DNA of 64,000 nucleotides from Escherichia coli (GTDB lineage Bacteria; Pseudomonadota; Gammaproteobacteria; Enterobacterales; Enterobacteriaceae): NCBI RefSeq assembly GCF_016026235.1, contig NZ_CP065613.1; one strand, 5' to 3'. Shown piece by piece: positions 55,263 to 64,000 of this stretch (position 1 is its first letter; each line of letters starts with the position of its first letter). The notes under the pieces were generated by a model. It saw only the letters and a program-made list of their open reading frames with translations, ran no database searches and was not told where the DNA came from. The position numbers and the translations under genes were made by a program.

Positions 55263-56003
55263 TTATGGTGCGCTGACGGTCACCGCAGCCACTGCCACAA
55301 ACTCTCCGTCAGAGGTCATGCCCACGATGCTGACACTGCCCTGCTTCACGCCTTTCACCGTGGCCACAAGCCCGCTCAGGGTCACCGAAGCAGTCTGAGG
55401 ATCTGACGAATGCACACTGATCGCTTTGTCACTGGCCCCGTCAGGTTTTACTGTAAAGGTCAGTGTGGTGGTTGCTCCCGCTTTGACACTGACAGATGCC
55501 GGTGCCACCGTCAGTCCGGTAACACCCACGGTTTCAGCGCCCTCCTCTGCCAGATACGGACGCCCCACACCGCTGATTTTTACAGTACGGGTCATCACCT
55601 CTTTTGAGGTAATGGTTTTACCCAGTGAACTCAGCCAGCCACGGAAAACATCAACCGTACCGTTGGGGTATTTGATACGAAACGCGCAGACTTCACCGGA
55701 ATCGAACAACTGAACCAGTTTTTTCTGCCCGCTGTCACCCGGACGCCAGGCCAGCGTCGCCAAAGTATCACCGACGGATTTCTGCCCCTGGGTTGTCGTT
55801 TTCCAGTCTGCATCTTCATCATCGAGATAAGTGTCATCTTCTGCATCAGCGGTCATTTCGCCAGGTTGCAGATCCTTCACCATCGCAAGACGCAGCCAGT
55901 CAGTGTCCGACAAAGGGTTCGCAAACGCATCGCCCTTGCCGGTGTACATCCAGAACGTCGTTCCCGCACCTTTCGTTTTTGCCAGTGGATTTGGTGTGGT
56001 CAT
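55263..56003 (-). CDS. major tail protein V
   Basis: Start at MTTPNPLAKTKGAGTTFWMYTGKGDAF (56003) behind TAAGGAGGTG; lambda V homologue. Confidence 0.85.
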   Translation of the reverse strand: MTTPNPLAKTKGAGTTFWMYTGKGDAFANPLSDTDWLRLAMVKDLQPGEMTADAEDDTYLDDEDADWKTTTQGQKSVGDTLATLAWRPGDSGQKKLVQLFDSGEVCAFRIKYPNGTVDVFRGWLSSLGKTITSKEVMTRTVKISGVGRPYLAEEGAETVGVTGLTVAPASVSVKAGATTTLTFTVKPDGASDKAISVHSSDPQTASVTLSGLVATVKGVKQGSVSIVGMTSDGEFVAVAAVTVSAP

Positions 56004-56013
56004 TGCCACCTCC

Positions 56014-56415
56014 TTAATTCGTGTACGTGATCTGGTACGTGATTTCCGCCATCGCCCAGGTGGCCATCTCATTATCACGTTGATAGTTAAAACCGAGTGG
56101 GTTCATGGTGTCGATGAGTCCGGAAAGTGCCGGTACATCATTCAGGGCCGGGAAAATGGTGCTCTCCATCCACATATCCAGCTCTGAATCCGGTGCCTGT
56201 GCCCGGATGAAGACAGCAATATGCAGAACAGCCTGCCAGTCATCTTCATCCGTCATTTTTCCGGTGTACTGAGCATCACTCAGCCACACCGCCACGGCAG
56301 GCAGTTCCTGCGCATCAACAAATGCCGGAAGCCCGTCAAAAAACGTGGCGCTGTCTCCACACTGTTCCCGAAGGCGTGCCAGTACGACCTGGCGGATCTG
56401 TGTATGTCGGTTCAT
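56014..56415 (-). CDS. tail tube terminator U
   Basis: …ATFFDGLPAFVDAQELPAVAVWLSDAQYTG… matches lambda U; start at 56415 (ATGA overlap with Z) or 56427. Confidence 0.75.
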   Translation of the reverse strand: MNRHTQIRQVVLARLREQCGDSATFFDGLPAFVDAQELPAVAVWLSDAQYTGKMTDEDDWQAVLHIAVFIRAQAPDSELDMWMESTIFPALNDVPALSGLIDTMNPLGFNYQRDNEMATWAMAEITYQITYTN

Positions 56416-56993
56416 CGGGTCAGCCATAACCTCAGTTGTTGTTTCAGTGCATACCCCAGCTGTTTCGGCATTTCCGCAGCAATGATGCGGTCGCGGGCAT
56501 CTTCAAATGCCTGTGTCAGCGGTCCGGACAGCGGGATTTTCACCACATCAATGGGGTAACGATTTTTGCCGTCAATACGCCGCATCACATGCCAGCGACC
56601 ATTCGCCAGTTGCTGAATAAACGCATCCCGGAAAAGGTATTTCCCCACTTTCAGTACGCTGCCACGATGACGTGAGTTGCTGCCATGCCGGGAGCGGGCC
56701 AGTCTGACCTGTGCGGTACCCAGCTTAATGGCGGGCAGGTTACCCCGGTTAACACGCATGCGGGCATACATTTTCCTGAGGGCTGGCTTTAAGCAGCCTG
56801 ACACGCTCCCTGACCGTTTTCAGGGAATACCTTTCACCTGGTTATCCCCGGCAACGGTATTCTGCGCAACCTGCCGTGTGGCGACAGAAATAATCTTTGC
56901 CGCCACACGGTTTACCGCCCATGCGCTGGCCTGTGGCACCATGCGGGTATCGAGGCTGTTCAGATTACGGATGGCATTCTCAAGCCCCTTCAT
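56412..56993 (-). pseudogene. tail completion protein Z, disrupted by two frameshifts
   Basis: N-terminus MKGLENAIRNLNSL… (ATG 56993) stops after 57 codons; lambda-Z-like sequence continues in a second frame (…KTVRERVRLLKASPQEN…) then a third (ORF 56412..56804). Confidence 0.55.
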
Positions 56994-57004
56994 CCCACAC
57001 CTCT

Positions 57005-57280
57005 TTACTCAATAAAGATCATTGGTTTACCGTTAAAGCGTTCATGCCGTGTGACCGTCCATTGTTGTCCGTCATAAACAACGCGGTCCCCGCGCCGTGG
57101 GCGGTATCCCGAAGAAAACACCACCAGAGAGACCGCCGGTCCGGACAGAGCGTTCAGCTCTGCCAGAGTTTCTCCCGGGAGCACAGGCATATAAACATCA
57201 TTAATCGAGGCCATCTTTCCCATCTTTCTGACCGTGATCGCATCCATACGCGCTGCCAGCCGGGAAAAGGGATCAGACAT
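57005..57280 (-). CDS. head-tail joining protein (FII-like)
   Basis: 91-aa ORF in the FII position with a loosely FII-like N-terminus (MSDPFSRLAARMDAI…). Confidence 0.5.
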   Translation of the reverse strand: MSDPFSRLAARMDAITVRKMGKMASINDVYMPVLPGETLAELNALSGPAVSLVVFSSGYRPRRGDRVVYDGQQWTVTRHERFNGKPMIFIE

Positions 57281-57596
57281 TGAGTTTTACCGGCACTTCT
57301 TCTGCACCAGCTCCGGCATCTGCCCAGACAACCCCGACCAGCGGATCAGAGCCGCTGTTAGTCAGCTGAACTTTTCCGGACTTCAGAAAAACCTTCTTAC
57401 CCGTTTTCATGTCATCCGTTTTCAGCTTAGGCAGCATAAACACACCTTCGGTCAGGCCGTCGCCTGTTTCACCCTGTGGAATATCGGTCAGCGCCACCGC
57501 AAAAACATCACCCACCTGCACCAGATCTCCGCTGCTGATGGCTGCACTGGCAACAATCGCCACCGTTTTCCCTTCTTCTACAAAATTCTTTGCCAT
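57273..57596 (-). CDS. small phage head-module protein, function uncertain
   Basis: Start at MAKNFVEEGKTVAIVASAAISSGDLVQVGD (57596) behind GGAGA; lies between capsid and FII-like genes. Confidence 0.45.
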   Translation of the reverse strand: MAKNFVEEGKTVAIVASAAISSGDLVQVGDVFAVALTDIPQGETGDGLTEGVFMLPKLKTDDMKTGKKVFLKSGKVQLTNSGSDPLVGVVWADAGAGAEEVPVKLNV

Positions 57597-57682
57597 AACT
57601 GTCTCCGCACAGCCCCGTTCAGGGGCTGATTTCAGGTACAAAAAAAGCCCTTACGGGCCATCAGAGTTGTTATCTGCGACGT

Positions 57683-58651
57683 TTACGCCGTACATTTCAC
57701 CAGACCGCGGTGATCAACTGGCGCGACACCAGCGTCAATACGCACTTTCGTTGTCACGCCATCCACACTGAAGCCCTCCATCTGATCAATATATGGCGTA
57801 TCCACACCGTTGAGATAAGCCACTTCAATCGTATCGGAGCCTTTGGACGCAGCCAGGTAGAAGGTGGTCTGGCTGTTATCATCAAGACGAGGCTCTGCAA
57901 TAACGGTCGCAAAATCTTTCACCGGGTTAATAATACCGGCGTTAATGTCAGCCCCCTTGACACTTGAGGAGCGAATGACCTGGTTAGCAACAGACTCCAT
58001 CGCCGTCGGTACCAGTACGAACGCAGGACGAATATTCAGATGACGCTCACCCTCTTTCTGAACACGCATCAACTGGCGGGCTTTATCCAGCGATGCCACG
58101 TCCATTGCAGCGCTCTCCAGTACGTTTGCATGTTTCGCTTTATCGAACAGACTTACATTATCTGTGGAGATTTTCGGGTTAGACGTCAGAATGGCATAAA
58201 CCAGATCGGCAATAGTGGATTTTGCCGCACGGCCCAGTTTCATCGGGACATCGGTCAGCATATTCAGATCATCGTTGATAATGGCCTGACGGGTGATACT
58301 GAACAGTTCACCATAGGTCGCCAGTGCAATCGTGGCCTGTTTATCTCCGGTAGTAACGTATTTATATTCCGCTCCTTCACGCACCTGACGCAGAGCACTG
58401 AAGCCCCCCATACCCACACGATGGGCAATTTTAAAATCAGACAGCTGACCTTTCCGCGTCCACTGTTCATAGGTTTCAGGGGCATCTTCCCAGCCCTGCA
58501 GAATGGCTTTGTTCGCAACATCCAGCAGAATATTACCGAAGTCAGACGTACTGTGTGTGAACGCTGCCCCGACCATCTGCATCGGGTTATAACCGGAAAC
58601 CCCAATACCCCGTTCAGTCAGTGACATACGGGCATATTCACGCAGGGTCAT
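57683..58651 (-). CDS. putative major capsid protein
   Basis: 322-aa ORF directly after the protease/scaffold gene (ATGA overlap), in the capsid position. Confidence 0.55.
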   Translation of the reverse strand: MTLREYARMSLTERGIGVSGYNPMQMVGAAFTHSTSDFGNILLDVANKAILQGWEDAPETYEQWTRKGQLSDFKIAHRVGMGGFSALRQVREGAEYKYVTTGDKQATIALATYGELFSITRQAIINDDLNMLTDVPMKLGRAAKSTIADLVYAILTSNPKISTDNVSLFDKAKHANVLESAAMDVASLDKARQLMRVQKEGERHLNIRPAFVLVPTAMESVANQVIRSSSVKGADINAGIINPVKDFATVIAEPRLDDNSQTTFYLAASKGSDTIEVAYLNGVDTPYIDQMEGFSVDGVTTKVRIDAGVAPVDHRGLVKCTA

Positions 58652-59673
58652 CCCGTTGTAGACATTATCACGTTCAGTTTTTCAAACCCGGCACGCGCCA
58701 TCAGCGCCTGGCGGATCCCGTCCCCCACAAAATTACCGTTTCCGGCATAAATATGGGCCGGGGTATTTTTATTTGATGGTGAAAATTCCTTACCCATTTC
58801 GTTAAGTAATTTCTCACGGGCCTGCTCAAGCGAGCACTCCGGATCGGAAAGACAACTGGCCTGCAATGTCTGATAACGCCCGCCAAACATACCAAACAGT
58901 TCATTAATACCACTCACACGTGCTTTTTGCTCTGCCAGTACCTGCGCACGGATACTGCTTTCATCTGCGGAAGGTGCATTTGTGGTGGTCGCGGTTGTGG
59001 CAACCTGAGCCGTAGTCTGCTCCTGTGTCTGAGATGCAGTATTTTTGTTTTCAGGTTCACGCGTTGCACTGTTGCGTGGCGGAGTAATCATGTTTCGAAT
59101 GGATTCCGGCATCTTTTTAAATTCCTCTGTACGTTTTGACTGAATACATGCCATTGCCTTAACGGCTGGCGTCACCTGATCAGCAAATCCATGTGCCAGA
59201 CATTCGGCACCGGACATCCAGGTCTCATCCGCCAGCATGGCAGCAACTTCATCGGTGGTTTTCCCGGTTTTCTGTGCATAAGCGGGTAACAGAACCGCCT
59301 CAACTTTATCGAGCAGGTCGGCATAGGTGCGCATGTCCTCCGCATCACCGCCCGTAAAGCCAAATGGTTTATGAATCATCATGAAGGTGTTTTCCGGCAT
59401 AATGACCGGGTTTCCCACCATCGCAATGACCGACGCCATTGATGCCGCCACACCGTCGACATAAACGGTAATGGACGCACCATGTGTTTTCAGTGCATTA
59501 AAAATGGCGATGCCTTCAAAGACATCGCCACCCGGTGAATTGATATGGAGATTAATGTGGGTGATATCGCCCAGTGCATTCAGATCGCTGATAAACTGCT
59601 TCGCCGTAACACCCCAGAAACCAATCTCGTCATAAATATAAATATCCGCGTCACTCTGGTGACCTGCCTGCAT
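58648..59673 (-). CDS. head maturation protease (ClpP/S49-like) with C-terminal scaffold-like region
   Basis: Start at MQAGHQSDADIYIYDEIGFWG (59673); protease block INSPGGDVFEGIAIFNAL; C-terminal half Ala/Gln/Thr-rich. Confidence 0.7.
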   Translation of the reverse strand: MQAGHQSDADIYIYDEIGFWGVTAKQFISDLNALGDITHINLHINSPGGDVFEGIAIFNALKTHGASITVYVDGVAASMASVIAMVGNPVIMPENTFMMIHKPFGFTGGDAEDMRTYADLLDKVEAVLLPAYAQKTGKTTDEVAAMLADETWMSGAECLAHGFADQVTPAVKAMACIQSKRTEEFKKMPESIRNMITPPRNSATREPENKNTASQTQEQTTAQVATTATTTNAPSADESSIRAQVLAEQKARVSGINELFGMFGGRYQTLQASCLSDPECSLEQAREKLLNEMGKEFSPSNKNTPAHIYAGNGNFVGDGIRQALMARAGFEKLNVIMSTTG

Positions 59674-59686
59674 CCTGAACCAGGAA

Positions 59687-61191
59687 TTATTCTTCGGACT
59701 GGCCGTCGGTGTGCTGCGGCTCCTGTCGTTTCGTTGCGACACTGCTGCCTCCTTTATCACTGGCCGGATCGGTATCAAATATCAGACCCAGCTTGCGGTT
59801 TTCATCAATTTCAGCCTTGCGCCGACGTTTGACATCATCCGGATTACGCCCACCTGCTCGCACCCAGTCTGATTCTGTCGCCGCTCCACCGCGAATCTGG
59901 ATTTTCCAGGCCTCAGCCTCCTTAACCGGATCAATCCACGGCATGACCGGACCGGAATATGTTGCGTTACACAACGTTTTCATATCCACATCCGACGGGA
60001 TTTTCAGCAGACCTGCTGCTACCACCATGTTCAGCCACGTCCGGTACACGGGACGGGTTACAGCACCAATAAAGCAGTCCTGCAGGATCAGATACCCGTC
60101 AGTGGACTCGACCAGCTCCTGTCGCTGAGCGCTGTAGGTACCGTTGTAATTGCGCGCCGCACTGGAAAAACTCATACGACTGCCTGCGGCCACCGCACGC
60201 AGCTGCCCGTTACGAAAAGTTTCAAGGTTAGGATTGGGCCGATCAGATTTGACCATGCCAATATCTTCCCCCTTGCGCAAATCGTCATAAATAATGCCAG
60301 GGGTGATATGCAGTTCCCGGTCATTATCTTTATTTATCGTGGCGTCTTCATAATCCTGCCCATCTCCTTTACGGATATACAGCCCCAGAGCCGCAGCAAC
60401 ACGCGCCGCTGTCAGCTCAGCATCTTCATATTCCTTAAGCGCACTGATCCGCATCAGCACACCTGACAACATGGATGTACCACGCGTCTGATGCAGACGA
60501 CGGGTAAATTTCAGATGCACCATATTTTCGGCAACGATCTCTTTGGTATCACTCAGCCGCCCGGTAGTCGGATGATTTTTATAAACCAGGTATTTTTTCG
60601 GTCTGCCCCAGTCATCCAGAAAAACACCCTGATTCAACCCCACAGATTCATCACTGAGCATGGGCACAAAATCCGGCTCCATTGCCTCGATCCAGAAAGG
60701 CACGCCAGCAGTCCGCACCAGCCCGCCGCCGGCACCACGAACCAGCTGGGCAAACACTTCACCATCACGTAACCAGGTACGCAGCAGCAGACGCTCGAGC
60801 ATGGGCGCGTATACTGCCCGGTCACATCCGGACTGACAGACCATTCCACCCACAAGCGACGGATAATCATTGCCAGCTCTGTGGCTATATCACCGTTCTT
60901 CAGTAATGGCTGGGGTTCGACAACGATCCCTTTTGCACCAATCACCCGTTCCTCAAGTTTGTCGAAAACACCGATTACCAGATCATGATTGATGTCCAGA
61001 AAACGAGCCTGCTCCCGCAGGGAAACTGCACCGTACTTACTGAGCTGGTCGGCAGAACGATTTTCCCGCCGGGCTTTATGTGTACGAGTAGGCTTCACTG
61101 CCTCATAGGCACGAATTAATGCCCTTGAGCGCAATCTCGCAGCTTTCCAGCCAGGTGAAAAAACACCAATCACATCATCAAGAATTGCCAT
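59687..61191 (-). pseudogene. portal protein, frameshifted
   Basis: N-terminal ORF 60634..61191 and C-terminal ORF 59687..60853 overlap in different frames. Confidence 0.55.
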
Positions 61192-61427
61192 CAGAACCTC
61201 GCCAGTTTATAGCCCGGCGTCCCCCGTCGCCGCGCAGCCAGAGTCGCAAGGCGACGTTCCCACTCCTGCCGCCCCTGTCGGATCTCGGATAAGTTTTCCA
61301 TGGTCATCTGCTGACCATTAAAAGTAATGGACTTTCCGTCCAGCACTGCCATTTCCGCATTGATATAACGATGGATCATGGCTTCAATATCATTCTGGTT
61401 CACAACCATCCTCCGGAAGTCACCCAT
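61191..61427 (-). CDS. small head-tail joining protein (W-like, by position)
   Basis: 78-aa ORF between large terminase and portal genes. Confidence 0.45.
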   Translation of the reverse strand: MGDFRRMVVNQNDIEAMIHRYINAEMAVLDGKSITFNGQQMTMENLSEIRQGRQEWERRLATLAARRRGTPGYKLARF

Positions 61428-63500
61428 GGGTTTTCTTCATCAGGCACCACTTTTTTTCGTTTCTTTTTTTAACGGACACGGATACCGGCTCCGGCGAGGC
61501 TGACAGTCCGGCATCGTCCCTGACACGCTCCAGCCAGGTTTCCCTGCATGCCCATTCCGGCGCATCCGGCCACTGAATTTTCTCGTAACCATGCAGAATG
61601 ACCAGAGCCTCGGCATACACCATCAGGTCAAAAGCTTCGTTGGCACCTCGACCCGGCTTACTCCATTTCCCGTCACTGCTCCGCTCTTCATACGTCAGTT
61701 CGTCGTAAAACCAGCTCCCCAGCCAGTCAGGGAAATGCACATAGCCGGGACCTGGCGAGTCACGCCATAACGCGTTATTCACCCGGTCTTTCAGGGCATC
61801 CGTCTGAAGAAGCCAGAGCGGCACATCACCTGCGGCCTGCGCCCGTCGGCCCGTTCGTCCGGTGTTATCAGGGAATGTACGGGTGATCAGTTTTGCGCGC
61901 CGGATGCTGTCGCCCTTAAACAGGTAAATACGTTTACCAAGGCCATCACGACGGCAACGACGCCAGAATTTATAGGCATTATCAGTGACCCCGTCTTCAC
62001 CGCCGGAGTCCACCGCCATTGCCATCAGTCGCATTTGTTGAGAAGGATCGGAGGCCAACGGCCAGCTTTTATGAAAAACATCCGTCAGCAGGACATCCCA
62101 GTCCTCAGGATAACCAGCAGGATCAATTCGCAGGCTTTCTCCGTTGTTGTCACAACGCAATGACTGCGTGATGTTGTAACGATCAATAATCCAGCGTTCG
62201 CCACGGCAACCATAACCCGTTACCTGAACCACAAAACGGCGATGACGTCCCGCCTGCACATCCACTGTCGCCGCCAGGAAATTAACACCATCCGGCACGC
62301 AGCGGGGAGGAACAGGCTCTGCCCGCTGCTCAAGCAGTTCACTTTTCGTTGCTCCATGCTGGCGCGGGGAAGATAAGGTAATCCCCAGTCGGTGTTGATA
62401 ACCGCCCTGAGTGTTTCTTCACTTCCGGTTGTCTCGTATTCCTGTTCTGCAGTAAGCAGTTTGTAAACGAGTTGCGAGAGTGTCTGGTAAGCAGCTGCCG
62501 GACCCTCCATCCAGAATGACGCAATACGTGAACGCCTGGGATCACCATAACGACTGCCATCCGCATTGATGGATTCACCATCCCGCAACCAGACCCCACG
62601 TCCGTTCAGCTCACGTTTTTGTTCAGGCATAATCCGTCCTGAACAGGAAGGACACTGAATATAAGCCGCCTCACTTGCCAGCACGGGATCGGCAATATCA
62701 CGGAAACCAGCAACCACATCGCCGCAGGGCTGAAAATACTCACCACAGTGTGGACAGGGCCAGTACCAGCGACGGCGATCGCCACGGTTATAGAGCGACA
62801 GTATCCCCGTGGTTGGTGGAGCCTCATGCGGTGAAGTCCGTCGCCATTTCACATCCTTCACATCCCTGCCGGGGGAACTCTCCACCAGCGTCATACCACT
62901 GGACATAAATGTTGTGGTACGTTTTGAGGCAAGAGAGAAAGCATCCCCCTCACCATCAATATCTTCCGGAAAACGGTCATAATCCGTCAGCGCGACGCAT
63001 TTATAATCTGATGAGGACATGATATTGACTGACGGCCAGCCGATTTTCAGGTAGTTGCCAGCAAGGAATGTTCTGTCATAAACGTTGTTGTCATTTTTGT
63101 TCGGACTCAGGCGACTGACCACTTCCGGGCTGACGCGAAACGTTCTGGCGAGTCGTTTTTTGGAGTGTTCGCGGGCTTTTTCCTCCGTCATCTGAATGAT
63201 CAGCATATCAGCAGGATCGCAAATCACGTTGTAAATCACCCAGCCGTCAATCAGGCCGATAGTCTTGCCGGTTCGTGCCGGGCCAACAAATATCACTGCG
63301 TCGTATTCACGCGAGGCCAGGCAGTTCATCGGCTCAATAACATACGGTGCCACCAGCGGATCCCACGGGACTGAGTTCCCTGCCCCCATGGGCACCCGCA
63401 TATACTGAGCAACGGCATCAGCAACCCGCATTCGTCTTGGTGCGCGAAGGATATAACCTGAATCGGTTCGTGCTGCCTTTGCGGTTTCCTGATTCAGCAT
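61420..63500 (-). pseudogene. terminase large subunit, frameshifted
   Basis: ORF 62220..63500 carries Walker A (VGPARTGKT); ORF 61420..62298 carries the nuclease half in another frame. Confidence 0.6.
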
Positions 63501-63993
63501 TACTCCTCCTGCTGTAATTCCTCCTCATCATCCGCACCTGCTTCAGTCACCCGCAGGGCTATCTGATCGCGCAGATCATCAATAATGGACTGAACACGGC
63601 TCACAGCGGCAGGCTGCAGACCGCAGTCACGTTCAAGAATATCCGGTAATGTCTCCAGCACCTGCACGACCGCTTTTGCCCAGATGGCAAACTCCCGTCT
63701 GACATCACTGGCCGGAATGAGTTGTGCCGTTTCCTGTTCGAACTTAAGACGCTCACGTTCAGACTGATACCAGGCTTTGCGCTCATGCGCGTCCATTTCG
63801 CCTTCTGCAACCGGCGGTGGTAATGCCAGAAATGCCGACACAATATCAACCACCCGATAAAGCTTGAGGTTGCTTTCATGCCCCCTGCAACGGGTAGATT
63901 TTGCAGCCTTGCCGCAGCAGTCTGGCGATGTACACCTGACAGTGCCGCCAGTTGACTGATATTCAGCGTCAGATTTTTTAACTCTCGATCCAT
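63500..63993 (-). pseudogene. terminase small subunit (Nu1-like), frameshifted
   Basis: ORF 63601..63993 has an N-terminal HTH-like region (LNISQLAALSGVHRQTAAARL); the remainder is in ORF 63500..63853 in another frame. Confidence 0.5.
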
Positions 63994-64000
63994 ACCCGCT

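Larger units (their letters stand above)
39265..64000. mobile_element. lambda-like prophage remnant inserted in mlrA; tail-fibre end at the junction, terminase at the window edge; far end not in window
   Basis: Lambda gene order TerS-TerL-W-portal-protease-capsid-FII-Z-U-V-G-T-H-M-L-K-I-J-lom-stf-tfa on the minus strand, plus dinI-like and cargo genes. Confidence 0.9.

Overview
This window is an enterobacterial chromosomal segment collinear with the E. coli K-12 ~47-min region (yegW-yegX-thiDM-rcnRAB-yehABCD-yehE-apbC-metG-molR/yehI-yehK-yehLMPQ-yehR-yehS-btsRS-mlrA). Its lesions and cargo point to a Shigella-type genome. All calls rest on reading the supplied ORF translations and the DNA by eye; no database search was run and gene names are from memory. 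Backbone (1-39264): housekeeping genes look intact, with a TPP riboswitch upstream of thiM and two RcnR operators between rcnR and rcnA. The yeh fimbrial operon is broken by an IS1 (9069-9836) with no target-site duplication, leaving only the C-terminal part of yehC and about 11 codons of yehD. Downstream of metG are three tandem paralogous giant genes (WGR-like N-terminus in the first two, a shared C-terminal domain in all three). The first is split by an IS4 (16263-17688, 12-bp duplication), the second by an IS10-like element (20954-22245), and the third (yehI, 1210 aa) is intact. Between yehK and yehL is a tandemly duplicated zorO/orzO-type type I toxin-antitoxin locus. yehLMPQ encodes a MoxR-type AAA+ ATPase, a large unknown protein, a VWA protein and a SWIM zinc-finger protein; this is my best candidate for an uncharacterised system. 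Prophage (39265-64000): mlrA is cut after codon 22 by a lambda-like prophage that runs to the window edge. It carries a dinI-like gene with a LexA box, a methyltransferase-like cargo gene, an ipaH-family effector gene preceded by an exact MxiE box, then tail fibre, lom and the tail-to-terminase gene order of lambda. Eight frameshifts interrupt six structural genes (J, H, Z, portal, large and small terminase), so it reads as a decaying remnant, unless these are sequencing errors. No tRNA, rRNA or CRISPR array was seen.
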